A stretch of DNA of 24,000 bases from an uncultured Francisellaceae bacterium (GCA_964397555.1 CAYNJF010000014.1:18786-42785); one strand, 5' to 3'. Shown: positions 1-9,130, counted from the stretch's first letter. Program-made: numbers and translations. Notes: generated from the letters alone by a model not told the origin.

Positions 1-1420
1 CAGATCCGCCTTCCATGGAGTCATTGCCATCGCCCCCATGCATGCGATCATTCCCAGCATCACCATAAAGGGTATCGTTTCCTTGACCACCACTCATGCG
101 ATCATTTCCGTCTCCACCCATAAGAATATCTTCACCGGCATCGCCTTGAAGGCTATCATTACCGTCACCACCCATCATGGTGTCATTGCCATCACCGCCG
201 ACTAGGCGATCATTCCCTTCGCCGCCCATCATGGTGTCAGTACCATCACCGCCGACTAGGCGATCATTCCCTTCGCCACCCATCATGGTGTCATTGCCAT
301 CGCCGCCGACTAGACGATCATTCCCTTCGCCGCCCATCATGGTGTCATTGCCATCGCCGCCGTCTAGGCGATCATTCCCTTCGCCACCCATCATAGTGTC
401 ATTGCCATCACCACCATATAGGCGATCATTGCCTGCGCCGCCATCGAGGGTATCTTGACCTTCACCACCGCTTAAGTGGTCACGGCCATCTTCACCCATC
501 AGCGTATCGTTGCCAGCATCCCCTTGAAGGCGATCATTACCATCCCCCCCTCTGAGTGTGTCATTATCATCGCCACCGTATAGGCGGTCATTGCCTTGGC
601 CACCATCGAGGGTATCTTGACCTTCATTGCCGTACAAGCGGTCGTTGCCTTGTTCTCCGTAGATAGTATCGTGGCCATCATTACCGTAGACGCGATCATG
701 ACCATCTCCGGCTCGTACTTCGTCATTCGCCTCTGTGCCTTCGATACGATCTCGCCCATCTGTACCAACCATCGTGTTCGTCGGTGTGGTATCAACACTC
801 TGCGATTGGCTAGAGTCAGCATTGACTTGATCCGCCTTTTGCGTGACGGCCTCATTCGAAGCATTGGCTTGTTCGGATTTTAATTGATTGAATTCACCCT
901 CGGTAAAACCGACTGAAGGTTGCTCGCTTAATGATTCTGGCTGACCAGGCTCGGTGGATTCAAATTGAGGAGATTGGCTTTGATTGAGGTTTTGTTCAAC
1001 CGCAGGCTGGCTTGAATTAAAGCCATCTTGAGACAGTGTTTGAGCGTTTACTTCAACTGCATCTTGAGGATCCTGATTGAGCTCGCCTTGTCGAAGCTCA
1101 ACTTCAATCCCACGTTGAGAAGCTTCACCACTCAACGGACTGGTCTGTCCCTCAGTGTTGATTTGGGAGCTAGTTAAGTTGTCAAAAGCACTGATGGATG
1201 AATCAAAGTGCGCTGACTGATTCTCAGTGTGTGACTGTGAATTTTGTATCGAAGAGAGTCCATCCAAATTTTGAGGGGCTGTCATTTGGCCATCTTCTTG
1301 CACAAAATGATCACCCATTTTAATCTGAACGTGATCGTTGCCCATTAATAATTCAGCCACATCCTTATTTTGAGCTTGTGGTTGAACTTTGATTTGGTCC
1401 AAATTCAATTGTGATGCCAT
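1..1420 (-). CDS. RTX (hemolysin-type Ca2+-binding repeat) protein, N-terminal 473 aa; the 3' end lies beyond the window start
   Basis: Absent from the ORF track because it runs off the left edge. My translation of the minus strand from ATG at 1420 (AGAGGG 6 nt upstream) gives [20 protein letters not shown]... and stays open to position 2. The first ~215 aa are Gln/Ser/Asn/Glu-rich low complexity. From about nt 770 down to 2 there are roughly 28 consecutive GGxGxDxhx nonapeptides (e.g. [46 protein letters not shown]). The listed ORFs 177-458(+), 499-864(-) and 596-883(+) are off-frame shadows of it. Confidence 0.9.
   Translation of the reverse strand, partial: MASQLNLDQIKVQPQAQNKDVAELLMGNDHVQIKMGDHFVQEDGQMTAPQNLDGLSSIQNSQSHTENQSAHFDSSISAFDNLTSSQINTEGQTSPLSGEASQRGIEVELRQGELNQDPQDAVEVNAQTLSQDGFNSSQPAVEQNLNQSQSPQFESTEPGQPESLSEQPSVGFTEGEFNQLKSEQANASNEAVTQKADQVNADSSQSQSVDTTPTNTMVGTDGRDRIEGTEANDEVRAGDGHDRVYGNDGHDTIYGEQGNDRLYGNEGQDTLDGGQGNDRLYGGDDNDTLRGGDGNDRLQGDAGNDTLMGEDGRDHLSGGEGQDTLDGGAGNDRLYGGDGNDTMMGGEGNDRLDGGDGNDTMMGGEGNDRLVGGDGNDTMMGGEGNDRLVGGDGTDTMMGGEGNDRLVGGDGNDTMMGGDGNDSLQGDAGEDILMGGDGNDRMSGGQGNDTLYGDAGNDRMHGGDGNDSMEGGS
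173..442 (-). repeat. Five tandem copies of a 54-bp unit (two RTX nonapeptides per unit) inside the RTX gene
   Basis: Units at 173-226, 227-280, 281-334, 335-388 and 389-442. The first four differ at only 1-3 positions (catcatggtgtcattgccatc[a/g]ccgccg[a/t]ctag[g/a]cgatcattcccttcgcc[g/a]cc); the fifth is more diverged. Confidence 0.95.
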
Positions 1421-1644
1421 GATTAACCCTCTTTGAGCTTCTCTTCCTGAGCTAGATGTAAGCTCAGGTAATTAGGTAATGTCCTTCTCGGAGTACTCCC
1501 TTATGACTTCACTATCGGCACTTGGTTGCGCCTTTGAATATTTGTCAACAACCATTCGTCGACCTACTTACTGGTTAAAAATGGAGAATGCTTTTCAGGT
1601 TGAGTCAGCTTTGTTAGGATATTTGAAAAACGAGTGATTCTATT

Positions 1645-2223
1645 ATGTTGAGCCAATTAAGTTACGAACTTGATCTTTTTCTCAGCCAAAGTCAGCAACA
1701 CATCGGCCTTTGGTTAGGGGTCATCGCATGTTTGTGGGCGTTTAACATCATCAACTGGTTCCTTGGTGCACCATTCAATCGTCTAGGGATCATTCCTCGA
1801 ACCCCATTAGGGCTTATTGGCATCGCTTTTTCGCCTTTTCTTCACGGCAATTTCAATCATTTGTTTTTCAACACCATCCCCTTGTTTATCCTCGGCCTAT
1901 TCATTCTTGGAGACGGTCTGCAAGTATTTGCCTTCATCACCGTCTTTATCGCATTTTTCCAAGGCATCCTAGTCTGGGGCTTTGGGCGCAGGGGGAACCA
2001 CATCGGCGCATCTGGGGTGATTGCTGGCTATTTCGGGTATGTACTGGCCACGGCCTATCAATCCCCGACCTTCACCACCATCGCTTTATGCTTAGTGGCG
2101 CTTTACTATTTTGGTGGCATTTTGTTCAGCATTTTCCCAACCGATGAAAAAGTCTCTTTCGAGGGGCACTTATTTGGGTTGCTGGTCGGGATCAGCTCTC
2201 GATATGCTTTGACCATGCTGTAA
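1645..2223 (+). CDS. Rhomboid-family intramembrane serine protease
   Basis: 192 aa and polytopic. Motifs: FLHGNFNHLFFN (rhomboid H...HxxxN), GASGVIAGYFGY (GxSG catalytic Ser) and EGHLFGLLVG (catalytic His helix). Confidence 0.8.
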   Translation: MLSQLSYELDLFLSQSQQHIGLWLGVIACLWAFNIINWFLGAPFNRLGIIPRTPLGLIGIAFSPFLHGNFNHLFFNTIPLFILGLFILGDGLQVFAFITVFIAFFQGILVWGFGRRGNHIGASGVIAGYFGYVLATAYQSPTFTTIALCLVALYYFGGILFSIFPTDEKVSFEGHLFGLLVGISSRYALTML

Positions 2224-2308
2224 AGGGCATAATCCCAGTAGACCAAAGTCCAATATCAACAAGCATACATCCTTGATAATCTGGTTTTTTCATCGATGAG
2301 CAGTACCC

Positions 2309-3052
2309 ATGAAAAAAAACCAGTTCTTAGCGATTCCCAGCGCAAAACGCATTCTAGCCATTTTAACGATTGGTGTATCAATCATCGCCCTAGCTGGTTT
2401 AGTCTCCCCTAACAAAGAGCTCAAGACCGATGAGATTATGCATGGGATCCCTTTTTATCAGGTCATAAAAGAACATGATCCCGCGTTGTTTCATAAAATC
2501 AAAGACGACATTGACATCGCGGTGAAAAATGAAGAAGACGTGATGGTGCTCAAAGCTCGCGTTCGAAGCTATCTTGACCAGGTATTGATTTCACGCATTC
2601 CTTTAACATCGAATGAGGCCATGGTTGCCTACGTTCGCGTCACGTTAAAAGAAATGCAGGCGTTAAACGAACGCGGGTATGGTTTATGTTATCGATTTAT
2701 ATACCCTAAAAACCAGCCATTGGATATTTCCAAATACGTCAGTCAAGAAACTTTGCAAGAAGACATGACCGCCTTAACGGAAGTGGTTCGATCCTCGTAT
2801 GAAAACCCTGGGGCCATCCCGAATGTCGAAAAGGTAAGTGAGAATCTAAGCACCATTTATGTCAACCTCACCCAAGTCAATCAAGATGCCATTACGATTT
2901 TAAGTAACCCGCAAAGCCCAAGGATCAATAAAGATCGCGTGTGTGAAATGACCATCGCGCTGTATGAGAAAATCTTAGAGCTTCCCGCCGATGAAAGCGG
3001 CGACATCCTCAGATTTATGGCCATTCAGAATGCTCGCATGCAAAACCAATAG
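2309..3052 (+). CDS. Hypothetical protein with an N-terminal membrane anchor or signal sequence
   Basis: 247-aa ORF. The N-terminus MKKNQFLAIPSAKRILAILTIGVSIIALAGLV is a hydrophobic anchor; the rest is soluble and helical-looking. I recognise no motif. Confidence 0.6.
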   Translation: MKKNQFLAIPSAKRILAILTIGVSIIALAGLVSPNKELKTDEIMHGIPFYQVIKEHDPALFHKIKDDIDIAVKNEEDVMVLKARVRSYLDQVLISRIPLTSNEAMVAYVRVTLKEMQALNERGYGLCYRFIYPKNQPLDISKYVSQETLQEDMTALTEVVRSSYENPGAIPNVEKVSENLSTIYVNLTQVNQDAITILSNPQSPRINKDRVCEMTIALYEKILELPADESGDILRFMAIQNARMQNQ

Positions 3053-3134
3053 AGAACTCAAATTAAATTAAGTTGGCATTACGAAGATGAACTCATGTAG
3101 TATGCACGGTTATTTTTACGTATAAAGTCCTCAA

Positions 3135-4415
3135 ATGCCAAATAGTTCAAGATCAGAGCCTACACCAAGAACACAGTCAATCACTGTGACCAGAGACGGC
3201 AAAAAAACAACCACCGAGATTACAGGCGATAAACCACCGCTGGCGCCAAAGTCCAAAACGCATAGGTTGCGACAGTTAGTGCGCCGAAGTTCTCGAAGAT
3301 CATTGAAATCCGAGGGAAAATATCAACCAAGTTTAGAACCTTTGGTTGAGGCGTCAAATGAAGCATTGGACGGCGAAATCAGTTTAATGCTTGGTGATCA
3401 CGCATCCACCTACGATGACCCAGCCTTGCCTCCAGTGATGTCGCACAGACCAGACACCCCTGACACCACTGAAACAGAGCCAAGCTCAACATCGCAAAGA
3501 GAATCGAGTGCGCATCTCCCATCCATTACTTTAACCTTAGTTGAAGATGGGCACCAAGCTGATGAGCCCCAAGCTCGAGTAGTGCGCTCCCCCATCGCAC
3601 GCCAGCAAATCCTTGATCCAAGCCTTGCCCAAACAGATCCCACCAAGCATGCCAACGCCTTAAGAGAGTTGAAAGAAAAATATAAAAAAGTAAAAAAACA
3701 ACTAAAAAAAGAAAAGCAAGATCATAATAAGACTCAAAAAGCGCTTCTCAAAGCTCAACAAGAAATTGAAGCTCTTAAGAAAACCAATCAAGACCTTCTA
3801 AATCAGATCAAAGGAGAGCGTGAACGGGGTGACTATTACTGTGTTGAATACTCAACGTATTTGGGAAGAGTGGTAGAATTGGAGCAAAAACTAGAACAGT
3901 TTGATAGAAAACTAGACAAGCTTGATAGAACGTCGAGCTTTCATCGCGCTGTAGGCGTCTATGCGCCACAAAGAAGAGCTGCGGTTCCACCTACTTCTGA
4001 GGATATCGCCAGAAGAAGGGCTTCATCAGAAAGAGAATCTGAATTGCGCTCTCTTAAAGCAAAGTTTCAAGCCATGGACCTAGAGCATCATGCCTCATCC
4101 GATCCCAGACCTAGAAGTAGCGCTGAAACAAAAGATCGGCTGAGCTTTGAAGAGCGAGAAAAAATGCTAGAGAGCTTTGAAGCACAAGTTAGTGCTTTAG
4201 AAGAAAAAAGAGGTTGGGGTAAGGTAAAATCCTCTCGATATACGCCTGGTTACTCACAAGGCACTAGAGATTTATCCCGTCATATGGGTAGCACCCGAAA
4301 ACGAAACACCTCAGTAGTCTCTGCGGATCCGGCCTTGCGTGATCCAAAATATCAACCTACCCCACCCCAGAGGACAGCCTCAAGATTAAAACACCTTGCA
4401 AGAAGAAGGGGATGA
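3135..4415 (+). CDS. Arg/Ser/Pro/Lys/Glu-rich disordered protein with a central coiled coil (effector-like, function unknown)
   Basis: 426-aa ORF with no hydrophobic core segments. Central heptad-like region: KELKEKYKKVKKQLKKEKQDHNKTQKALLKAQQEIEALKKTNQDLLNQIK ... VVELEQKLEQFDRKLDKLD. It is followed by a stem-loop with a T-run that overlaps the stop codon. Confidence 0.7.
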   Translation: MPNSSRSEPTPRTQSITVTRDGKKTTTEITGDKPPLAPKSKTHRLRQLVRRSSRRSLKSEGKYQPSLEPLVEASNEALDGEISLMLGDHASTYDDPALPPVMSHRPDTPDTTETEPSSTSQRESSAHLPSITLTLVEDGHQADEPQARVVRSPIARQQILDPSLAQTDPTKHANALRELKEKYKKVKKQLKKEKQDHNKTQKALLKAQQEIEALKKTNQDLLNQIKGERERGDYYCVEYSTYLGRVVELEQKLEQFDRKLDKLDRTSSFHRAVGVYAPQRRAAVPPTSEDIARRRASSERESELRSLKAKFQAMDLEHHASSDPRPRSSAETKDRLSFEEREKMLESFEAQVSALEEKRGWGKVKSSRYTPGYSQGTRDLSRHMGSTRKRNTSVVSADPALRDPKYQPTPPQRTASRLKHLARRRG

Positions 4416-4432
4416 ATCATCCCCTTCTTTTT
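4403..4432 (+). terminator. Rho-independent terminator overlapping the stop codon of the 426-aa gene
   Basis: AAGAAGGGGATG (4403-4414) pairs perfectly with CATCCCCTTCTT (4418-4429) and is followed by TTT. The T-tract is partly inside the stem. Confidence 0.65.
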
Positions 4433-4563
4433 AAGGCCTAACCATAACTAAACGAGCCCATCAAACTTAGTCTATTTTCAATCAATGGTTTGGTTTCTTG
4501 ATAAGCCTCTAGCCATGCTTGTCTTGTATGCATTAGTATGGGTGTTTTTTGAGAGATAAATTA

Positions 4564-5472
4564 ATGCCAAAAGATGGACAAAAGCGGCCACCCACACCGA
4601 GCCAAAGACGTTTAAGGCGAGAGAGAGCCTCATTTCACCTCCCCGCTTTAGCTGAAGTCACCGAGGATAAGCAACAACGCTTAGAACCCACCACCAGGGG
4701 TTTAGGCCAAGCCCGTGGAGAGCACCCTTCATCAGTATTCCAAGGGGCCTTCAGAGGTTTAGGCCAAGCCCGTGGAGAGGCCCCTACTTCAGTATACCAA
4801 CGGGCCTTAGGAAGAAACACAAGACGAGTCACCAGTCATCCTGGGCCAGGAAAATTGCCTAGTGTGTATGAATTTGAAGCGAGTCGTGAAACTGGCTCTG
4901 CACCTCCGTATCACACCAGACCGAGCAGTCGACTTGGGGACAGGCCTACCCATGTCGATCCGTATGCCGAGATAAGACCTAGACGAGCGCAAGATATTCG
5001 TGATGATGAATTAAACGAGCTGGGGGCTCAAAATCGAAGAGTCATTGAACAGCTTCAGCAAGCTCGAGCACGCAATCAATTGCTTGAAGGGCAACTGCTT
5101 TCAAAAGATAAAGAGTTACTTCGGTTAAAACAAGAAGTGATCAATTTACGAGCCAACCAAGAGGCTGACGGGGTCCAACACGGCACACGCGTTACCCCAG
5201 ATCCGAATACCCCTTTGTTTGAAAGAGCACGAAGGACGCAAACGAAACCAGGATATCGAACACAATTGGCGCCTTTGGATCCCGCTTTATTGGTGAGCCT
5301 TCCAAGGGGAACAGGCACTCCTCAAAACACACCAAGGCCACCTGAGACACAAGGCTTACCACTTCCCTCGTTTGAGGCGCAAAGACGTTTAGCAGCCATG
5401 AGCCTCGATAGAGGCAGGGGGTCTGGTAGTACAAGAGCTAAAGACAAATCTAAAAGTCGACATCGACCTTAA
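4564..5472 (+). CDS. Second Arg/Pro-rich disordered protein with a coiled coil and an internal 19-aa duplication (effector-like, function unknown)
   Basis: The track ORF starts at TTG 4549. I prefer ATG 4564 (MPKDGQKRPP...), which parallels the MPNSS start of the upstream gene. Coiled-coil segment: NRRVIEQLQQARARNQLLEGQLLSKDKELLRLKQEVINLRANQ. Composition is dominated by R/P/S/T/G/Q. Confidence 0.65.
   Translation: MPKDGQKRPPTPSQRRLRRERASFHLPALAEVTEDKQQRLEPTTRGLGQARGEHPSSVFQGAFRGLGQARGEAPTSVYQRALGRNTRRVTSHPGPGKLPSVYEFEASRETGSAPPYHTRPSSRLGDRPTHVDPYAEIRPRRAQDIRDDELNELGAQNRRVIEQLQQARARNQLLEGQLLSKDKELLRLKQEVINLRANQEADGVQHGTRVTPDPNTPLFERARRTQTKPGYRTQLAPLDPALLVSLPRGTGTPQNTPRPPETQGLPLPSFEAQRRLAAMSLDRGRGSGSTRAKDKSKSRHRP
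4696..4809 (+). repeat. 57-bp tandem duplication (2 copies) encoding RGLGQARGE(H/A)P(S/T)SV(F/Y)Q
   Basis: The 24-nt core ggtttaggccaagcccgtggagag is identical at 4699-4722 and 4756-4779. The remaining 33 nt of each unit are diverged but stay in frame. Confidence 0.9.
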
Positions 5473-5870
5473 ATTTTCTTGGCAAGGTACATGCCAATCA
5501 GCATGGAGGCCACAAACACGCCAGTTTGTGGCATGCCATACACGATTGAGGCAATGGCAGGGCCCGGACAATAACCGACAAGGCCCCAACCGACCCCAAA
5601 AATAGTCGCCCCTAGGATAAGGCGAGCATCAATGTGTTTTTTAATAGGAAACTCAAAGCGTTCAAAATAAAAAGGTTTGTCGATTTGTTTGGATAAATGC
5701 ACCCCTGTTGCGGTTACGATAAGGGCGACCCCCATGGTCAGAGCCAGAGAGGGATCCCACTCCCCAGTAATGTTCAAAAAATTTTGTACTTTTTGGGGGT
5801 TGAGCATCGAGGCAACGCTTAATCCTAAGCCAAACAGCCAACCGGAAAATAAGGCAATGAATCGGCTCAT
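5469..5870 (-). CDS. YeeE/YedE-related small membrane protein (DUF6691-type partner)
   Basis: 133 aa with 4 hydrophobic segments and a GYCPGPA motif. It starts 1 nt after the upstream YeeE/YedE gene ends (5872), the usual two-gene arrangement. Confidence 0.75.
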   Translation of the reverse strand: MSRFIALFSGWLFGLGLSVASMLNPQKVQNFLNITGEWDPSLALTMGVALIVTATGVHLSKQIDKPFYFERFEFPIKKHIDARLILGATIFGVGWGLVGYCPGPAIASIVYGMPQTGVFVASMLIGMYLAKKI

Positions 5871-5871
5871 C

Positions 5872-6288
5872 TTAGACTCCCAAGCGATACACAGTCATCA
5901 TGGCGGCCCCCATGAACAATACCGTGGCAACGATGGATCGTACTGATAAGCGAGCGACACCACATATCCCATGCCCAGAGGTACAGCCCGAGCCTAAGAC
6001 CGCGCCAAACCCAACCAACAACCCTGAAAAAGCCACCATGGGCAGTGGCTCATTGATGCTCAGTGCGCGAGGCCCAAGATTGGCATAAAACCCTGAAAAC
6101 CCACCTAACATCAACCCCATCAAAAAAACCAGACGCCACTTTTCAAATGATTTAACGGCCATCGATTGTGAAATCATGCCAGAAATGCCAGCGATACGAC
6201 CAAGGTAAAGTAAAATAAACGTGGCGGATAAGCCAATCAAAGCCCCACCTAATGCGGCAGGTATTGGTGTAAAATCGATGATTGTCAT
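5872..6288 (-). CDS. YeeE/YedE family (sulfur-compound transport-related) membrane protein
   Basis: 138 aa containing the family motif GSGCTSGHGICGVARLS. Confidence 0.8.
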   Translation of the reverse strand: MTIIDFTPIPAALGGALIGLSATFILLYLGRIAGISGMISQSMAVKSFEKWRLVFLMGLMLGGFSGFYANLGPRALSINEPLPMVAFSGLLVGFGAVLGSGCTSGHGICGVARLSVRSIVATVLFMGAAMMTVYRLGV

Positions 6289-6297
6289 CCTTGTTCC

Positions 6298-6930
6298 TTA
6301 CTGTGCAATGGTGGCGATTTTCAACCCAAGGGCGACCAAGGCGGTGCCCATAATCTTTTCTATCCATGTTTGCGCCTTGGATAGCACACTTCTCGTGGTT
6401 TCAAGGTTTAATACCAAGCTTAAAAAGCAAAACCAAATTAAGCCGATCAAAACACACTCAAGCCCCAAAGACCACTGAACCCAAATGGGCATGCCTGGAT
6501 CAATCACTTGAGTAAACACGCTCAAGAAGAATAATGCACATTTGGGATTAAGTACATTAACCAAAACACCACGCCGATACCCTTCCCAAGCCGTTCGCGC
6601 TGTATCAGTGCTTTTCTCAACCGAAGATAACCAAGAGGGGCCTTGTTTGGCGATTAAAGCTTTGACGCCAAGGTAAATTAAAAAAGCCGCACCCAAATAT
6701 TTGATGAGATTAAAGATGAAGACTGACTGGGCTATGATGAACCCAATGCCTAACAAACAGTAGCTTACGTGAAATAGCACACCTGTGGCGATGCCAAGCG
6801 CCGTCATGCAGCCATGCTTGGCCCCATGGTTCAAAGAGGACTGAGCAACTAAGATAAAATCAGGGCCAGGCGCGGCCGCACCCAACCAGTTGAGCAGCGC
6901 TAATAGAATAAATTCGTCAACATACTCCAT
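6298..6930 (-). CDS. LysE/RhtB family amino-acid exporter
   Basis: 210 aa. N-terminal LGAAAPGPDFILV motif typical of LysE/RhtB translocators, with about six hydrophobic helices. Confidence 0.85.
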   Translation of the reverse strand: MEYVDEFILLALLNWLGAAAPGPDFILVAQSSLNHGAKHGCMTALGIATGVLFHVSYCLLGIGFIIAQSVFIFNLIKYLGAAFLIYLGVKALIAKQGPSWLSSVEKSTDTARTAWEGYRRGVLVNVLNPKCALFFLSVFTQVIDPGMPIWVQWSLGLECVLIGLIWFCFLSLVLNLETTRSVLSKAQTWIEKIMGTALVALGLKIATIAQ

Positions 6931-6944
6931 GACATCCCATGGCC

Positions 6945-7184
6945 TTATTCTTTGGGCAAAACGAGGTCATCATCAGCATTGACATCAGACATTTGGTTGA
7001 CCCTTACTTCATCGCCAGCACGTTCGACCTTGACGTCTAAATCGGTCACCACCTGATTCTCATTTCGAGTTTGCTCAACCTCTGTGGCCGTAGAGCCGGC
7101 CATTTCGACTTCAGATTCAGGCTGACAGGCCACCAACGTAAATAAACTTATCCCGAACATGACTAGAGTAGAAAGTCGCTTCAT
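6945..7184 (-). CDS. Small acidic lipoprotein (79 aa)
   Basis: The track ORF extends to 7244 and overlaps the upstream gene. ATG at 7184 is preceded by AGGAGG and gives MKRLSTLVMFGISLFTLVAC, with lipobox L-V-A-C. Confidence 0.75.
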   Translation of the reverse strand: MKRLSTLVMFGISLFTLVACQPESEVEMAGSTATEVEQTRNENQVVTDLDVKVERAGDEVRVNQMSDVNADDDLVLPKE

Positions 7185-7200
7185 TGAGCCCCTCCTGGGT

Positions 7201-8871
7201 TTAGAGTATGGTGCAACCATGGCATCCACGATTAGTTCTTGCATAGCGTCCTAGTCTACCAGCTGGGACCCCCACTGGAGAAGACACTTCTTGAGATATC
7301 ATTCGTGGACTTGCTTGGTCTTGGCGAGCCTGTTGAAAATAAACGCCTTGTGCCTGTCTTTGCAAAGATAAAGCGCTATCAGAGGGAGGTGGAACATTTG
7401 AGCCCCCTTCTGCTCTCATACTGTGACTAGCCTGTTGACTCAAACTCATTGATCCGGATTGAGCAACGTAGGCGCCACTCCCCACCACTGAAGATACCTC
7501 ACCTACACCTTCCAAAGGTTGAACGACTGAATGAAGCCCACCAGAGGGCCTAACGCCAACGTCTTTGAGAGATTGTTGTCCTCGAACATACGAGCCAGAC
7601 CTTGAGCTAATATGTCCTGGTTGAGCCAAATTATACAATCCGGTAAGAACTGCTGGCTTGTCTGCGGGTTGTTTTTCTCCAAATTCTACAATCTGGCCCA
7701 AGCTTTGGTTTAGCTCTTCTGCCCCATCTTGCGGTTGCTGATCTCTTGGATGCAGTTGCTCCATGCCCGCCATACCTTCATTTATGTGATTGAATTGAGC
7801 TAAGGTTGCTGTTTTAAATCCTGTTTTGGGGGTCTGTTCGACTTCAAAGGCCCCCCAGCTCTGACTGGATAAGGATGACGTAGACGACAAAGGGAATATA
7901 TCAGACATTGATTCTGACAGTTCATACACTAAACGAGCCTCATCATCACGGGCTTTGGCTTGGCGCACAAGAATAGTTTTTGGATGGGACGTTGGTTGCA
8001 ATGACTTTTCTTCTTTGCCCTTATCAAGGCCTAAGTGCGTGCTCGAGCCTTGGACGACGGCATCACGACGACCAAGACGGCCAGACTCTCGCCCAGGCTC
8101 TTTGATAAGATCATTTAGAAAGGGGCCATATTGGCCGATGATCGCATCCATGGAATAATAAGTATGACCTTTGTTAGAGGTTGGTTTGTCAATAAACGCG
8201 TGAATAACGCTGGCCACATCTTCCACGTAGGCTTGGCCATGATGTTTGAACATGGCATCCATGCCTCTTTTGAGCATGGTCGCATCGATGCTGTCATCTT
8301 TTAATGTATGGGGATACAAAAGCGAATAGTCGTTACTTTGTTGAAGGTAGAGCTCGCAAGCGAGCGTCCACATCATACTGTCCATGATAAACACATGATC
8401 TCGAGTCAAACACATATGGATCTCATGGGTTGGTCGAGGGTTTTGAGAAGACACTGAGTCATCGTCAGAACAAGAGCTTTCAAACTCATCGAAAATATCG
8501 ACCACAAAGAAAAGCGCTGGTTTATAGGCCTTTTTTTCATTCCCTTGCACAAACATTTGAACGCACTCGATATTTAAAACATCCGAGCGTCTCAAATCGT
8601 GCTCAACGAGGTATTCCTCTAAGCCTGTTTGGAACATCCCTAATAACTTTCTCATCTCAACCGAAAGGAATAACTCAGCACGAGTCTTAGGGGCTCTGGG
8701 AGCGGTCAACAACTCATAGCCATCAAAGCCTTGGAGTAGCCCATTAAACGAACGAATCAAGGATAAAAAGCTGGGTCTTTTTAGCTTACGATAAGAAATT
8801 TCTACATATTGAGAGTTTCTGTTAAGCGCATTTTCAAAATTTATGTCGAGCACGGTACCTTCTCTTGTCAT
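7201..8871 (-). CDS. 556-aa protein of unknown function ending in a CaaX prenylation box (CTIL); candidate host-targeted effector
   Basis: Long ORF with an unrecognised folded-looking N-terminal ~270 aa and a Ser/Gly/Gln-rich, disordered-looking C-terminal half. I verified the terminal codons by hand: ...R-Y-A-R-T-N-R-G-C-H-G-C-T-I-L-stop (CTIL = nt 7204-7215). Confidence 0.75.
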   Translation of the reverse strand: MTREGTVLDINFENALNRNSQYVEISYRKLKRPSFLSLIRSFNGLLQGFDGYELLTAPRAPKTRAELFLSVEMRKLLGMFQTGLEEYLVEHDLRRSDVLNIECVQMFVQGNEKKAYKPALFFVVDIFDEFESSCSDDDSVSSQNPRPTHEIHMCLTRDHVFIMDSMMWTLACELYLQQSNDYSLLYPHTLKDDSIDATMLKRGMDAMFKHHGQAYVEDVASVIHAFIDKPTSNKGHTYYSMDAIIGQYGPFLNDLIKEPGRESGRLGRRDAVVQGSSTHLGLDKGKEEKSLQPTSHPKTILVRQAKARDDEARLVYELSESMSDIFPLSSTSSLSSQSWGAFEVEQTPKTGFKTATLAQFNHINEGMAGMEQLHPRDQQPQDGAEELNQSLGQIVEFGEKQPADKPAVLTGLYNLAQPGHISSRSGSYVRGQQSLKDVGVRPSGGLHSVVQPLEGVGEVSSVVGSGAYVAQSGSMSLSQQASHSMRAEGGSNVPPPSDSALSLQRQAQGVYFQQARQDQASPRMISQEVSSPVGVPAGRLGRYARTNRGCHGCTIL

Positions 8872-9130
8872 CCTTGACGAAATAATAGTGGCTGATTTTT
8901 ATTGCAGTTACAACAAAACCAGCAATAGTATGGTTATTTGTATGACTTTAGTGTGGTCTATACATAGGGTAAGGCTGTGGAGTTAAGCCTCGCCTACATA
9001 ATAATAAATACTTATATAAATCAAAAGGATAAACAGACGAATGGTGGTGATACGCCCCTTGAATGCGTAGTGTTAACCCCCATATTGTGGTACATTAGAG
9101 TCAGAAAAATTTTATTTAAGAGGTATCGCC

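Noticed and set aside
177-458. 93-aa plus-strand ORF with a striking [16 protein letters not shown] repeat
   Set aside because: It is the antisense reading of the 54-bp RTX repeats. The minus-strand frame gives canonical GGxGxD nonapeptides and is open for 1.4 kb with a good RBS.
499-883. ORFs 499-864(-) and 596-883(+)
   Set aside because: Both are off-frame or antisense ORFs inside the RTX coding region and have no independent support.
1446-1468. 8-bp stem-loop (CCTGAGCT-N7-AGCTCAGG) in the 5' leader of the RTX gene
   Set aside because: It is real in the sequence, but it is short, lacks a U-tract and has no recognisable riboswitch or thermosensor context. I noted it only.
3410-5589. Seven 60-81-aa minus-strand ORFs (3410-3655, 3808-3990, 4635-4832, 4807-4992, 5076-5318, 5192-5434, 5389-5589)
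   Set aside because: These are antisense shadows of the two long GC-richer disordered-protein genes and the YeeE-partner gene. They have no RBS or motifs.
5677-6478. Plus-strand ORFs 5677-5946, 5900-6088 and 6221-6478, and minus-strand ORF 6152-6367
   Set aside because: They overlap motif-supported membrane protein genes (YeeE/YedE pair, LysE) in other frames.
7185-7244. N-terminal 20-aa extension of the small lipoprotein ORF (MQELIVDAMVAPYSKPRRGS)
   Set aside because: It overlaps the end of the 556-aa gene. The internal ATG 7184 has a perfect AGGAGG and yields a clean lipoprotein signal.
3053-9130. PmrA-type tandem TTAATATT boxes upstream of the candidate effector genes (3135, 4564, 8871, 9131)
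   Set aside because: I found only an isolated TTAAATTAAG with the wrong spacing upstream of 3135. There is no convincing regulatory box.
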